64,000 nt of DNA from Escherichia coli (GTDB lineage: Bacteria > Pseudomonadota > Gammaproteobacteria > Enterobacterales > Enterobacteriaceae). The DNA lies in the NCBI RefSeq assembly GCF_003018255.1, contig NZ_CP027440.1; one strand, given 5' to 3'. Every line of letters starts with the position of its first letter. The stretch's first letter is position 1. Made by a program: the position numbers and the translations under genes. Below, piece after piece: positions 34,171-45,248 of this stretch. The notes under the pieces are model-generated. The model was not told the origin of the DNA, did not search any database, and saw nothing but the letters and a program-made list of their open reading frames with translations.

Positions 34171-35136
34171 ATGTCAGACTATCAAATGTTTGAAGTACAG
34201 GTGAGTCAGGTGGAACCGCTTACCGAACAGGTGAAACGCTTCACGCTGGTGGCAACCGATGGCAAACCGCTGCCTGCGTTCACCGGAGGAAGTCACATCA
34301 TAGTGCAGATGAGCGATGGTGATAACCAGTACAGCAATGCGTATTCACTACTGAGTTCACCGCATAACACCTCTAGTTATCAGATTGCCGTTCGACTGGA
34401 GGAAAACTCGCGCGGCGGTTCCCGCTTTTTGCATCAGCAGGTAAAAGTGGGCGATCGGTTAACGATTTCAACGCCTAATAACCTGTTTGCGCTAATTCCC
34501 TCGGCCAGAAAGCATCTGTTTATCGCGGGCGGTATTGGTATCACCCCTTTCCTGTCGCACCTGGCAGAGTTGCAATACAGCGACGTCGACTGGCAGCTAC
34601 ATTACTGCACGCGAAATCCAGAAAGTTGCGCATTTCGTGATGAGCTAGTCCAGCATCCACAGGCTGAGAAAGTTCACTTACATCACTCATCAACCGGAAC
34701 ACGACTGGAATTAGCGCGATTATTGGCGGATATCGAACCTGGCACACATGTTTATACCTGTGGCCCCGAGGCGCTAAATGAAGCGGTAAGAAGTGAAGCT
34801 GCGCGTCTGAACATCGCCGCCGATACGCTGCACTTTGAGCAATTTGCTATCGAAGACAAAACCGGCGATGCATTTACCCTGGTGCTTGCCCGTTCCGGAA
34901 AAGAGTTTGTGGTGCCGGAAGAGATGACTATTTTGCAGGTTATTGAAAATAATAAAGCAGCGAAAGTGGAATGTTTATGTCGTGAAGGGGTATGCGGAAC
35001 CTGCGAAACGGCAATACTGGAAGGTGAAGCTGACCATCGGGATCAGTATTTTAGCGATGAAGAGCGTGCCAGCCAGCAAAGTATGTTGATCTGTTGTTCG
35101 CGCGCGAAGGGTAAACGCCTGGTGTTGGATTTGTAG
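34171..35136 (+). CDS. yeaX: Oxidoreductase YeaX (flavin/NAD-binding reductase with plant-type 2Fe-2S ferredoxin domain)
   Basis: 321-aa ORF; C-terminal CREGVCGTCET 2Fe-2S motif. Confidence 0.92.
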   Translation: MSDYQMFEVQVSQVEPLTEQVKRFTLVATDGKPLPAFTGGSHIIVQMSDGDNQYSNAYSLLSSPHNTSSYQIAVRLEENSRGGSRFLHQQVKVGDRLTISTPNNLFALIPSARKHLFIAGGIGITPFLSHLAELQYSDVDWQLHYCTRNPESCAFRDELVQHPQAEKVHLHHSSTGTRLELARLLADIEPGTHVYTCGPEALNEAVRSEAARLNIAADTLHFEQFAIEDKTGDAFTLVLARSGKEFVVPEEMTILQVIENNKAAKVECLCREGVCGTCETAILEGEADHRDQYFSDEERASQQSMLICCSRAKGKRLVLDL

Positions 35137-35140
35137 TTTG

Positions 35141-35176
35141 CCGAAGCCGGACTGAGCGCGCCCAGTCCGGCTTCGG
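35141..35176. terminator. Bidirectional hairpin between convergent yeaX and rnd
   Basis: 13-bp perfect stem ccgaagccggact / agtccggcttcgg. Confidence 0.6.
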
Positions 35177-35182
35177 AAGATT

Positions 35183-36310
35183 TTACTGCGGATATTCCTG
35201 CAATAAATTGTGTAATGCTTCCGCCATCAGCTCACCACGCCAGCCGGAAATCAGCTCCGGCAAATTGTTCTGCGGTTTCAGTTTCCAGTGCCAGTTCAGC
35301 AGTTGGTTGATTTGCCGACGCGATGCCAGCAATTCGGCGCTGATCTTGTGCGTTTCGCTCACGTCAGTAATCAGCGACTTAATCGCTTTAAACGCTTTAC
35401 GATAACCCGGCATGTCCATCAGGTTAAGCATCGGCTGCGGTAAGGCCTCTTCCGGCAATGCCTGCGCTTTTTCCACCAGCGCCAGCAGCGTTTTACCGTG
35501 AAAGCGGATTTCGCTACCGGATAAGCCCAGGCTGTCCAGTTCGCCTAAACTTCCCGGCATATAACGCGCTACGGACCACAAATGCTCTTCACGCACGACA
35601 AAGTTCACTGCCAGATCGCGCTCCCGCGCCTTGCGCAGTCGCCAGTCGGCTAACAGTTGCAGACAGGCCAGTTGGCGTGTGCGTAACTGCCAGGCATTGG
35701 TGATATCACGCCAGGCATCTTCCGGAGCAACGACTTCCTGACGACGCATTTGCATCAGGCGGCATTCATCCAGCGCCGCAGGTAGCCAGCCGGAGGCCTC
35801 CGTTTCTACCATAAGCTTTGCGGTGATCGGTAACAGATACCAGACATCCGCCGCTGCGTATTCACACTGACGTTCGGTCAGCGGTCTGGCCAGCCAGTCG
35901 GTGCGCGATTCACTCTTGTCCAGCGTAACGCCGGAATACTCTTCCACCATGGAAGCGAAACCCCATGACATCGGGCGTCCGCAGAAGGCAGCAAGGATTT
36001 GCGTGTCAATCAAGGGTTGTGGTAATTCGCCAAAGACATTGAGGAACACTTCCAGATCTTCACTGCCCGCATGGAGAAATTTTGTGATGGACGGATCGCG
36101 CAGGATCGCTTTCAGCGGTGACCAGTCAGAGATCCCGAGGGGATCAATTAGCGCCAGATGCTCACCATCAAAAAGTTGAATTAGACCCAGTTGCGGGTAA
36201 TAGGTGCGCGTACGAACAAATTCAGTATCCAGGGCTATCGCCGGAAAGGCACGGACGGCTTCACACAAAGAAGCCAGCGCATCGTCCGTGGTAATCATTT
36301 GGTAATTCAA
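35183..36310 (-). CDS. rnd: Ribonuclease D
   Basis: 375-aa ORF with DEDDy exonuclease and HRDC regions. Confidence 0.93.
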   Translation of the reverse strand: MNYQMITTDDALASLCEAVRAFPAIALDTEFVRTRTYYPQLGLIQLFDGEHLALIDPLGISDWSPLKAILRDPSITKFLHAGSEDLEVFLNVFGELPQPLIDTQILAAFCGRPMSWGFASMVEEYSGVTLDKSESRTDWLARPLTERQCEYAAADVWYLLPITAKLMVETEASGWLPAALDECRLMQMRRQEVVAPEDAWRDITNAWQLRTRQLACLQLLADWRLRKARERDLAVNFVVREEHLWSVARYMPGSLGELDSLGLSGSEIRFHGKTLLALVEKAQALPEEALPQPMLNLMDMPGYRKAFKAIKSLITDVSETHKISAELLASRRQINQLLNWHWKLKPQNNLPELISGWRGELMAEALHNLLQEYPQ

Positions 36311-36334
36311 ATTGTATTCTCTTTAGTGGGCGTC

Positions 36335-36360
36335 AAAAAAAACGCCGGATTAACCGGCGT
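36335..36360 (-). terminator. Rho-independent terminator of fadD
   Basis: On the minus strand: gacgccgg-ttaat-ccggcg followed by TTTTTTTT. Confidence 0.75.
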
Positions 36361-36379
36361 CTGACGACTGACTTAACGC

Positions 36380-38065
36380 TCAGGCTTTATTGTCCACTTT
36401 GCCGCGCGCTTCGTCACGTAATTCTCGTCGCAAAATTTTTCCGACGTTAGATTTCGGTAACTCATCACGAAACTCCACCAGCTTCGGTACTTTGTAGCCC
36501 GTGAGCTGACGGCGGCAAAAAGTCACCAGTGACTCTTCGGTAAGTGATGGATCTTTTTTCACAACGAAGATTTTCACCGCTTCGCCACTGGAGCCAGAAG
36601 GTACGCCAACAGCCGCGACTTCCTGTACGCCAGGATGCTGCATGACGACATCTTCAATCTCGTTGGGATAGACGTTAAAACCGGAAACCAGAATCATGTC
36701 TTTTTTACGATCGACAATACGCAGGAATCCTTCTTCATCCATCACCGCGATGTCGCCAGTGTGTAACCAGCCATTTTTGATGATTTCATCGGTAGCATCC
36801 GGACGCTGCCAGTAACCCAGCATCACCTGCGGTCCTTTGACACAAAGCTCACCTGGTTGACCCGGTGGTACTTCGTTGTCGTCGTCATCCACCAGTTTGG
36901 CTTCCGTCGACGGCACCGGCAAACCGATGCTACCACTATGATAATCAATATCATACGGGTTAACGCTGACCAGCGGCGCACACTCGGTCAGGCCATAACC
37001 TTCCAGCAGATACTGCCCTGTCAGTTTCACCCAACGTTCTGCCACCACTTGCTGAACAGGCATCCCACCGCCTGCGGAAAGGTGCAGACTGGAGAAATCC
37101 AGCTGCTGGAACTCTTTATTGTTCAGCAACGCATTGAATAAGGTGTTAACGCCAGTGATAGCGGTAAACGGATATTTCGCTAACTCTTTTACCAACCCTG
37201 GAATATCGCGCGGGTTAGTGATAAGCAGGTTCTGCCCACCCAGTTCGATAAACAGCAGGCAGTTAATGGTCAGTGCAAAAATGTGATAAAGCGGCAGCGC
37301 CGTCACCACCAGCTCTTTGCCCGGATGCAACAGCGGACCATAGGTCGCGTTAACCTGTTCCAGGTTCGCCAGCATATTGCGGTGAGTCAGCATCGCGCCT
37401 TTCGCCACACCAGTGGTACCGCCGGTGTATTGCAGGAAAGCTAAATCTTCCGGCACCAGTTCGGGTTTGACGTACTGCATCCGGTAGCCGTTGTGCAGGG
37501 CGCTACGAAATGAAATGGCATCTGGCAGATGGTATTTCGGCACCAGACGCTTGATGTATTTAACAACAAAATTGACTACCGTGCCTTTTGCCGTAGATAG
37601 CTGATCGCCCATACGGGTCAGAATTACGTGCTGAACGGCGGTTTTATCAACCACTTTTTCCAGAGTGTGGGCAAAGTTAGACACGATAACAATCGCCGAT
37701 GCGCCGCTATCGTTAAGCTGATGCTCAAGTTCACGCGGGGTATACAACGGGTTAACGTTTACGACAATCATCCCGGCACGCAAAATGCCAAACAGCGCCA
37801 CCGGATATTGCAATAAATTAGGCATCATCAACGCAACGCGATCGCCTTTCTTCAGTCCCAACCCTTGTTGCAAATAAGCGGCAAACGCGCGACTGCGTTC
37901 TTCCAGTTTGCGGAAGGTCATCACCTCCCCCATATTCACAAACGCGGGTTGATCGGCGTAGCGCGCGACCGACTGCTCAAACATATCTACCAGAGATTGA
38001 TAACGGTCAGGGTTGATCTCCGTCGGAACGTCCGCGGGATAACGGTTAAGCCAAACCTTCTTCAA
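36380..38065 (-). CDS. fadD: Long-chain fatty acid-CoA ligase FadD
   Basis: TTG start at [14 protein letters not shown] gives 561 aa; AMP-binding motifs. Confidence 0.93.
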
Positions 38066-38138
38066 TTCTTCACCTCTAAAATGCGTGTTCGTCGTCATCG
38101 CAACCCCAAATGATATACATGCCGTTAACATAATATTA

Positions 38139-38155
38139 ACTCATCATACCAGCTT
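38139..38155 (-). promoter_or_regulatory. FadR operator in the fadD promoter
   Basis: Minus-strand AGCTGGTATGATGAGTT matches the FadR box pattern ANCTGGT...GTT, about 75 nt upstream of the fadD start. Confidence 0.5.
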
Positions 38156-38269
38156 GATAATTACCCAACGAAAAGGTTGCGAAGCGCGTCACTATTTATT
38201 TTTATCTTTACCGTAAGAATGCAGAAACAGCGGACCAGCCGCTGTTTCTTTTTCTTTAAAAACAAGCAA

Positions 38270-38851
38270 TTATTCAGTTACAACTGTTTGTACTCTCGCG
38301 GGACCGGGATTATACCAGCCCCATCCACCGTAGCCATAGGGCCAGCCACGACCGCCATAAAACCATGGATCAATCGGCTGAGGCGGCATAATCACCTGCT
38401 GGGTTAAATGCCAACGTTTGTAACCCGTTACTTGCATCACCATAAATTTATAGGGCGTGTTGCCGATTTTGCCGTCAACCGCACCGGTGATTGGCCCAAC
38501 TACCGTAACCAGTTGTCCACGGAAATCTACCGGGTCCAGAAAACCGTTCACATCGGCATAAATGCGCCCGCGTGAAGGTTCTCCCAAAGTTGGTCTGGCT
38601 CCGCTGTCCAGCGGTACGGTAGCAATTTCCAGGCGGGTTTTCCCTTGCTGGTTTTGTACCGCAACCACTTTGCCACCAAAGCGTGCCTCCTGACCAACGT
38701 ACAGCTGCGGCGCACTCATCACCCGAACTAAATCTTGTTGCGGCGTGGGACTGCTGCCTTTAATGGCGTCCGGCACAGTAACACAACCGCTCAGCATTAG
38801 CGCAAACGTACCTGCCAGTATGCCTTTGATAACATTCTTTTGAACCGCCAT
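38270..38851 (-). CDS. yeaY: Slp-family outer-membrane lipoprotein YeaY
   Basis: 193-aa ORF with lipobox LSGC. Confidence 0.88.
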
Positions 38852-38888
38852 GATGCGACTCCTTTTTCTCAGGGCATACTCTTAAGAT

Positions 38889-39584
38889 TCATTCTTTGCC
38901 CGGAAGTTTCTTCCATGCGACGTTGTTACGTAAATAAACCGGTTCGGCATGTTCCACCGCCACCGTTTTACTCTCGGCAAACATCTGACAAGCAATCGGC
39001 AGCATATCTTCTGCAGCGGGCAGTAACACTTCGCCATCGCACAGGGCCAAACCGCTCTCTTTACCGAGATCCGGCCAGGCTTGCCAGCCCGTCCCTACCG
39101 TCACCCATTCGCCGGAAAGCTGTTGCATCCGTTCATGAACGAGTTCAGGTTTCAGTACGGCTTCGGTTTCTTCACCGTGCCAGATACCGTTTTCATCACG
39201 CTGATATTCGGCCCAGTAAACTTCGCCCATTCGCGCGTCAATGGCTGCCAGCACGCGTGTTGCGCCGTTTTTGCGCCACGCCCCTTGCGCCATCGTCATT
39301 AGCGTGGAGACGCCAATCATCGGTAATTCCGCGCCAAGCGCCAGCCCTTGCGCGATGCCAATACCAATGCGCACGCCAGTAAAGCTACCGGGGCCGCGCC
39401 CGTAAGCCAGAGCGTTAATATCAGTCAGGGAAGTTCCGCTGGTGGTCAGGATATCCTGCACCATCGGTAAGATTCGTTGAGTATGTTCACGAGGGCAAAG
39501 CTCAAAATGAGCGTTGACAGTACCGTCGTTCCACAGGGCGACAGAGCAGGCCTCTGTCGCGGTATCGATAGCCAGAATTCGCAT
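38889..39584 (-). CDS. tsaB: tRNA t6A37 threonylcarbamoyladenosine biosynthesis protein TsaB
   Basis: 231-aa ORF, inactive Kae1/TsaD-like fold. Confidence 0.92.
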   Translation of the reverse strand: MRILAIDTATEACSVALWNDGTVNAHFELCPREHTQRILPMVQDILTTSGTSLTDINALAYGRGPGSFTGVRIGIGIAQGLALGAELPMIGVSTLMTMAQGAWRKNGATRVLAAIDARMGEVYWAEYQRDENGIWHGEETEAVLKPELVHERMQQLSGEWVTVGTGWQAWPDLGKESGLALCDGEVLLPAAEDMLPIACQMFAESKTVAVEHAEPVYLRNNVAWKKLPGKE

Positions 39585-39641
39585 GGGTCTTCGTGCTTAG
39601 ATCAATAAAAAGGCGCGCATCATACCATACTCCGTAACAAA

Positions 39642-41552
39642 TTACCTGGAGGATGGTATCGCAAGGAAACGAACCGCACGGGCAATGTCACGGGTGCGCG
39701 GCGCTGGCGGCAGACTGGCGAGAAACGTCGCGCCGTAAGGGCGCATCACCAGCCGATTGTCGCAAATCACCAGCACGCCGCGATCGTCAGCGTCGCGAAT
39801 CAGTCGCCCTACCCCCTGTTTGAGAGTAATGACCGCATCCGGCAGCTGTACTTCATCGAACGGGTCGCCACCGCGCAAACGGCAATCTTCCATGCGCGCT
39901 TTTAACAGTGGATCATCCGGCGAGGTAAACGGCAATTTGTCGATAATCACCAATGACAGCGTATCGCCACGCACGTCCACCCCTTCCCAGAAGCTGCTGG
40001 TTGCCACAAGAAGCGCGTTACCGGCGCTGACAAATTGCTGCAACAGTTGCCCTTTGCTGGTTTCCCCCTGCAACAAAACGGGAAGCGTCATGGTAGCGCG
40101 GAACTGCTCGGCCAGATCGCGCATCATGGCGTGCGAGGTACAAAGCATAAAACAACGACCGTTGTTAGCTTCGATGATCGGTCGCAACATTGCCGCCAGT
40201 TGCCGTGCGGAGCCCGGTTGATTGGTTTGCGGCAGGTTGCGCGGCACACAGAGTAACGCCTGGCGGCTGTAATCAAACGGGCTGGGTAACAGCAACGACT
40301 CTGCCTGTTCAATGCCAAGCCGCGAGGTAAAATGATGCAGATCGTCATTCACCGACAGCGTTGCCGAGGTAAAAATCCAGCTACCTGGCTTTTGCGCCAT
40401 TAACTCTTTGAATTTATCCGCCACGCTAAGCGGCGTCAGCGCGAGAGTGAAATGGCGCGAGGTACATTCGTACCAGTAGCTGTAACCCGGCTGATTAATC
40501 TCTTTTAGCCGTTTGAGTCGCGTGCGATACAACGTGGCGCGTTCAAATGCCGCATCCAGCAAGGCGGAACGCCCCAGCGAAAGTTTCGCCACGTCATAAC
40601 AAAGTTCCAGGGTGTCATCGAGCAGTAAAAACGCCCGCTGAATTTGCGGATTAGCTAACAGTTCGCGCAGGTTGCCACGATAACCAGGCTCACCGAGTTG
40701 CAGACGAAAATCCTGCGCGCTCTGGGCAAGGCGGTCGGCGCACTTTTGTAACTGCTGGGTGTCTTTTAATTCGGTGCGGTAGGCGATGGTGATGTCTTTT
40801 GCCAGGTCGAGCAGTTGTCGACTGGAGAGTGACTGACCAAAATACTGGCTGGCAATGTCAGGCAGTTGGTGGGCTTCGTCGAAGATCATCACGTCAGCTT
40901 CCGGGATCAGTTCGCCAAATCCACTCTCTTTCACCACCATATCCGCCAGAAAGAGATGATGGTTTACCACCACCACATCGGCGTCCATCGCTTTTTTGCG
41001 TGCTTTGACCACAAAGCAATCTTTATACATCGGGCAGTCGCTGCCAAGACAGTTGTCGTTGGTGCTGGTGACCAGCGGCCACGCCTGTGAATCTTCCGCC
41101 ACGCTGACGCAGGTGCTGATATCACCATCGACTGTTTGATTAGACCAGGAGCGCAGCAGGATCACATCGCTTAAGATTTGTACCGGCAGATCGCCCCCCG
41201 CCAGCGCCTGCTGTTCGAGACGCTCGAGGCAGAGGTAGTTTGAGCGCCCTTTCAGCAACGCCACATTGCCCGTGTATTTCAATGCCTTTGAGACTGTTGG
41301 CAAATCGCGGCTGTAGAGCTGATCCTGCAACGCTTTTGAGCCGGTCGAGATAATGACTTTCTTTTTCGCCCGCAGCGCAGGAGCCAGGTAAGCGTAGGTT
41401 TTGCCCGTACCGGTTCCTGCTTCCACCACCAGCGGCTGGCCTTTTTCTATCGCCTGGGTGACGGCTACCGCCATCTGTCGCTGTGGTTCTCGCGGCTTAA
41501 AGCCTGGTATCGCTTTCGCCAGCTGACCGTCTGGTGCAAAATCGTCCGTCAC
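39642..41552 (-). CDS. yoaA: DinG-family ATP-dependent DNA helicase YoaA
   Basis: 636-aa ORF with Walker A GTGKT, DEAH box and Fe-S cysteines. Confidence 0.92.
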   Translation of the reverse strand: MTDDFAPDGQLAKAIPGFKPREPQRQMAVAVTQAIEKGQPLVVEAGTGTGKTYAYLAPALRAKKKVIISTGSKALQDQLYSRDLPTVSKALKYTGNVALLKGRSNYLCLERLEQQALAGGDLPVQILSDVILLRSWSNQTVDGDISTCVSVAEDSQAWPLVTSTNDNCLGSDCPMYKDCFVVKARKKAMDADVVVVNHHLFLADMVVKESGFGELIPEADVMIFDEAHQLPDIASQYFGQSLSSRQLLDLAKDITIAYRTELKDTQQLQKCADRLAQSAQDFRLQLGEPGYRGNLRELLANPQIQRAFLLLDDTLELCYDVAKLSLGRSALLDAAFERATLYRTRLKRLKEINQPGYSYWYECTSRHFTLALTPLSVADKFKELMAQKPGSWIFTSATLSVNDDLHHFTSRLGIEQAESLLLPSPFDYSRQALLCVPRNLPQTNQPGSARQLAAMLRPIIEANNGRCFMLCTSHAMMRDLAEQFRATMTLPVLLQGETSKGQLLQQFVSAGNALLVATSSFWEGVDVRGDTLSLVIIDKLPFTSPDDPLLKARMEDCRLRGGDPFDEVQLPDAVITLKQGVGRLIRDADDRGVLVICDNRLVMRPYGATFLASLPPAPRTRDIARAVRFLAIPSSR

Positions 41553-41683
41553 ACTACCCCCTGTTGATTTGAACAGGGATTATGTCAGGATGAGGGCGCT
41601 TTCGCCAGTTGAAGTGATGACGGCGACCTCACATTGTGGCAGTCTTTGCAGCACGAAAATGGAAGTATAATGAGGACAAAATG

Positions 41684-42028
41684 ATGACTATCGTTCGTAT
41701 CGATGCTGAAGCCCGCTGGTCTGATGTGGTGATCCACAACAACACGCTCTACTACACTGGTGTACCGGAAAACCTCGACGCCGATGCTTTCGAGCAAACT
41801 GCCAACACGCTGGCGCAGATTGACGCCGTGCTGGAAAAACAGGGCAGCAATAAATCGAGCATTCTGGATGCCACCATTTTCCTGGCTGATAAAAACGACT
41901 TCGCGGCGATGAATAAAGCGTGGGATGCCTGGGTTGTCGCGGGTCATGCGCCGGTGCGCTGCACGGTACAAGCGGGTTTGATGAACCCGAAGTATAAAGT
42001 TGAAATTAAGATTGTGGCTGCGGTGTAA
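41684..42028 (+). CDS. yoaB: RidA/YjgF-family protein YoaB
   Basis: Start at MTIVRIDAEARW gives 114 aa. Confidence 0.85.
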   Translation: MTIVRIDAEARWSDVVIHNNTLYYTGVPENLDADAFEQTANTLAQIDAVLEKQGSNKSSILDATIFLADKNDFAAMNKAWDAWVVAGHAPVRCTVQAGLMNPKYKVEIKIVAAV

Positions 42029-42449
42029 GCTTTATCGAAGCAAAATAAGTCAGACGATAATTTATCGATAATACTGGTCGGTTTTACATAAATCGACCAG
42101 AGATTAAGATATTACTGTTGATGCTCCTGCTAATTCATTATTTATTTTTATATTTTCAATTTTAGCTATAAAGCTAACTATATAAATAAACATAACCATG
42201 CCGTTGTGTTCGCCCTTCGATTAGCATCTCTGGTTTTCTTTCTTAGCTGAACAATTTGGTTATAGCGTGAGAACTGACCGTCAATTTTCTCTCTCTTACT
42301 GGATAACACACCATGAGCTGCTACCTTTAAAACACCTGAATGTCAACAGGTTAACTCGTGCCATATCGTTATAATCCCTTTGATATTAGATGCAAATTAA
42401 GGTCATATATAGCCTTATCGATAACATGGTTAATTTTAAGGATAAGAAT

Positions 42450-42749
42450 ATGCCTGCTGTAATAGATAAAGCCCTGGATTTCATTGGTGCCATGGATGTA
42501 TCAGCACCAACACCAAGTTCGATGAATGAAAGCACGGCGAAGGGAATCTTTAAATATTTAAAAGAACTGGGAGTACCCGCGAGCGCAGCCGATATTACGG
42601 CGCGAGCTGACCAGGAAGGCTGGAACCCGGGGTTCACGGAAAAAATGGTTGGATGGGCAAAAAAAATGGAGTCTGGTGAACGCATTGTGATTAAAAATCC
42701 TGAATACTTTTCAACATATATGCAGGAAGAACTAAAAGCACTGGTCTAA
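42450..42749 (+). CDS. yoaC: DUF1889 protein YoaC
   Basis: Start at MPAVIDKALDF gives 99 aa. Confidence 0.8.
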   Translation: MPAVIDKALDFIGAMDVSAPTPSSMNESTAKGIFKYLKELGVPASAADITARADQEGWNPGFTEKMVGWAKKMESGERIVIKNPEYFSTYMQEELKALV

Positions 42750-42775
42750 GTTAAATTTATATCAGCATAAATGGG

Positions 42776-42816
42776 TCAGGACGCTTTTAATCACATATGA
42801 AAAGCGTCCTTTTTCT
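42776..42816. terminator. Bidirectional terminator between convergent yoaC and yoaH
   Basis: aggacgctttt-aatcacatatg-aaaagcgtcct followed by TTTTT. Confidence 0.65.
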
Positions 42817-42868
42817 CACAATCAAATAACTATCGGCTTCTATAACGAAAGCGATACGGATAAGTGTG

Positions 42869-43048
42869 TTACTCGTCTTCATCCTCAAAACGCGCCACGA
42901 TTCGCTCGCCGGAATGGTTGGCACGCAGCTCTTCTGCCACCAATGCGATTGCCTGGCCGCTGCTCATCCCTTGTGCCATCAGTTCCTGGATCCGCTCGAC
43001 GGCTTTTTGCTGCTGTTCATGGGTGAGTGAAGGTAAACCTGCAAACAT
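42869..43048 (-). CDS. yoaH: UPF0181 protein YoaH (59 aa)
   Basis: Minus-strand ATG..TAA encoding [59 protein letters not shown]. Confidence 0.75.
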
Positions 43049-43121
43049 TGTTAACTCCTGCTAAATTGTTGGCGCTAATTATTTCATGCTACCCGGCACA
43101 TAGCCAGTAGAGTCAGGACTG

Positions 43122-44483
43122 ATGAAGACGTTATCTCCCGCTGTGATTACTTTACCCTGGCGTCAGGACGCCGCTGAATTTTATTTCTCACGCTTAAGCC
43201 ACCTGCCGTGGGCGATGCTTTTACACTCCGGCTATGCCGATCATCCATATAGCCGCTTTGATATTGTGGTCGCCGAGCCGATTTGCACTTTAACCACTTT
43301 CGGTAAAGAAACCGTTGTTAGTGAAAACGAAAAACGCACAACGACCACTGATGACCCGCTACAAGTGCTCCAGCAGGTGCTGGATCGCGCAGACATTCGC
43401 CCAGCGCATAACGAAGATTTGCCATTTCAGGGCGGCGCGCTGGGGTTGTTTGGCTACGATCTGGGCCGCCGTTTTGAGTCACTGCCAGAAATTGCGCAGC
43501 AAGATATCGTTCTGCCGGATATGGCAGTGGGTATCTACGACTGGGCGCTGGTTGTTGACCACCAGCGTCAAACAGTTTCTTTGCTGAGTCATAATGATGT
43601 CAATGCCCGTCGGGCCTGGCTGGAAAGCCAGCAATTCTCCCCGCAGGAAGATTTCGCGCTCACTTCCGACTGGCAATCCAATATAACCCGCGAGCAGTAC
43701 GGCGAAAAATTTCGCCAGGTACAGGAATATCTGCACAGTGGTGATTGCTATCAGGTGAATCTCGCCCAGCGTTTTCATGCGACCTATTCTGGCGATGAAT
43801 GGCAGGCATTCCTTCAGCTTAATCAGGCCAACCGCGCGCCATTTAGCGCTTTTTTACGTCTTGAACAGGGTGCAATTTTAAGCCTTTCGCCAGAGCGGTT
43901 TATTCTTTGTGATAATAGTGAAATCCAGACCCGCCCGATTAAAGGCACGCTACCACGCCTGCCCGATCCTCAGGAAGATAGCAAACAAGCAGAAAAACTG
44001 GCGAACTCAGCGAAAGATCGTGCCGAAAATCTGATGATTGTCGATTTAATGCGTAATGATATCGGTCGTGTTGCCGTAGCAGGTTCGGTAAAAGTACCAG
44101 AGCTGTTCGTGGTGGAACCCTTCCCTGCCGTGCATCATCTGGTCAGCACCATAACGGCGCAACTACCAGAACAGTTACACGCCAGCGATCTGCTGCGCGC
44201 AGCTTTTCCTGGTGGCTCAATAACCGGGGCTCCGAAAGTACGGGCTATGGAAATTATCGACGAACTGGAACCGCAGCGACGTAATGCCTGGTGCGGCAGC
44301 ATTGGCTATTTGAGCTTTTGCGGCAACATGGACACCAGCATTACTATCCGCACACTGACTGCCATTAACGGACAAATTTACTGCTCTGCGGGCGGTGGAA
44401 TTGTCGCCGATAGCCAGGAAGAAGCGGAATATCAGGAAACTTTTGATAAAGTTAATAAGATATTACGCCAACTGGAGAAGTAA
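43122..44483 (+). CDS. pabB: Aminodeoxychorismate synthase component I
   Basis: 453-aa chorismate-utilising enzyme. Confidence 0.95.
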   Translation: MKTLSPAVITLPWRQDAAEFYFSRLSHLPWAMLLHSGYADHPYSRFDIVVAEPICTLTTFGKETVVSENEKRTTTTDDPLQVLQQVLDRADIRPAHNEDLPFQGGALGLFGYDLGRRFESLPEIAQQDIVLPDMAVGIYDWALVVDHQRQTVSLLSHNDVNARRAWLESQQFSPQEDFALTSDWQSNITREQYGEKFRQVQEYLHSGDCYQVNLAQRFHATYSGDEWQAFLQLNQANRAPFSAFLRLEQGAILSLSPERFILCDNSEIQTRPIKGTLPRLPDPQEDSKQAEKLANSAKDRAENLMIVDLMRNDIGRVAVAGSVKVPELFVVEPFPAVHHLVSTITAQLPEQLHASDLLRAAFPGGSITGAPKVRAMEIIDELEPQRRNAWCGSIGYLSFCGNMDTSITIRTLTAINGQIYCSAGGGIVADSQEEAEYQETFDKVNKILRQLEK

Positions 44484-44486
44484 GAC

Positions 44487-45065
44487 GTGGAATACCGTAG
44501 CCTGACGCTTGATGATTTTTTATCGCGCTTTCAACTTTTGCGCCCGCAAATTAACCGGGAAACCCTAAATCATCGTCAGGCTGCCGTGTTAATCCCCATC
44601 GTCCGTCGACCGCAACCGGGGTTGTTGCTGACTCAGCGTTCGATTCATCTGCGTAAACACGCTGGACAAGTGGCATTCCCTGGAGGCGCAGTCGATGACA
44701 CGGACGCATCAGTTATCGCCGCTGCGCTGCGCGAAGCTGAAGAAGAGGTCGCTATACCGCCTTCCGCCGTTGAAGTTATCGGCGTGCTGCCGCCCGTCGA
44801 TAGCGTAACTGGCTATCAGGTAACCCCGGTGGTCGGCATTATCCCGCCCGATCTGCCGTATCGCGCCAGTGAAGATGAAGTCTCGGCGGTGTTTGAAATG
44901 CCGCTCGCCCAGGCATTACATCTGGGTCGTTATCACCCTTTAGATATCTACCGCCGTGGCGATTCACATCGGGTATGGCTGTCCTGGTACGAACAGTATT
45001 TTGTATGGGGAATGACCGCAGGCATTATTCGTGAACTGGCGCTGCAAATTGGTGTGAAACCCTGA
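44487..45065 (+). CDS. nudL: Nudix CoA pyrophosphatase NudL
   Basis: 192-aa ORF with Nudix box. Confidence 0.9.
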
Positions 45066-45248
45066 CTATACTTATCTTTACATCTACAAAACACTACTTG
45101 AGACAATCATCGCAATATTAGTTAAATCGCGGTTTTTGATTAGTTTAATTCATGTGAATAGTTAAGCCAGTCGCCGCGTTCCCTCTTACACTATGCGCTG
45201 TTATTAGTTCGTTACTGGAAGTCCAGTCACCTTGTCAGGAGTATTATC

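Noticed and set aside
36311-36379. Possible small RNA (SroD-like) at the fadD 3' end
   Set aside because: I recall an sRNA reported near the rnd-fadD boundary but cannot place its coordinates or sequence from memory; the region is adequately explained as the fadD terminator.
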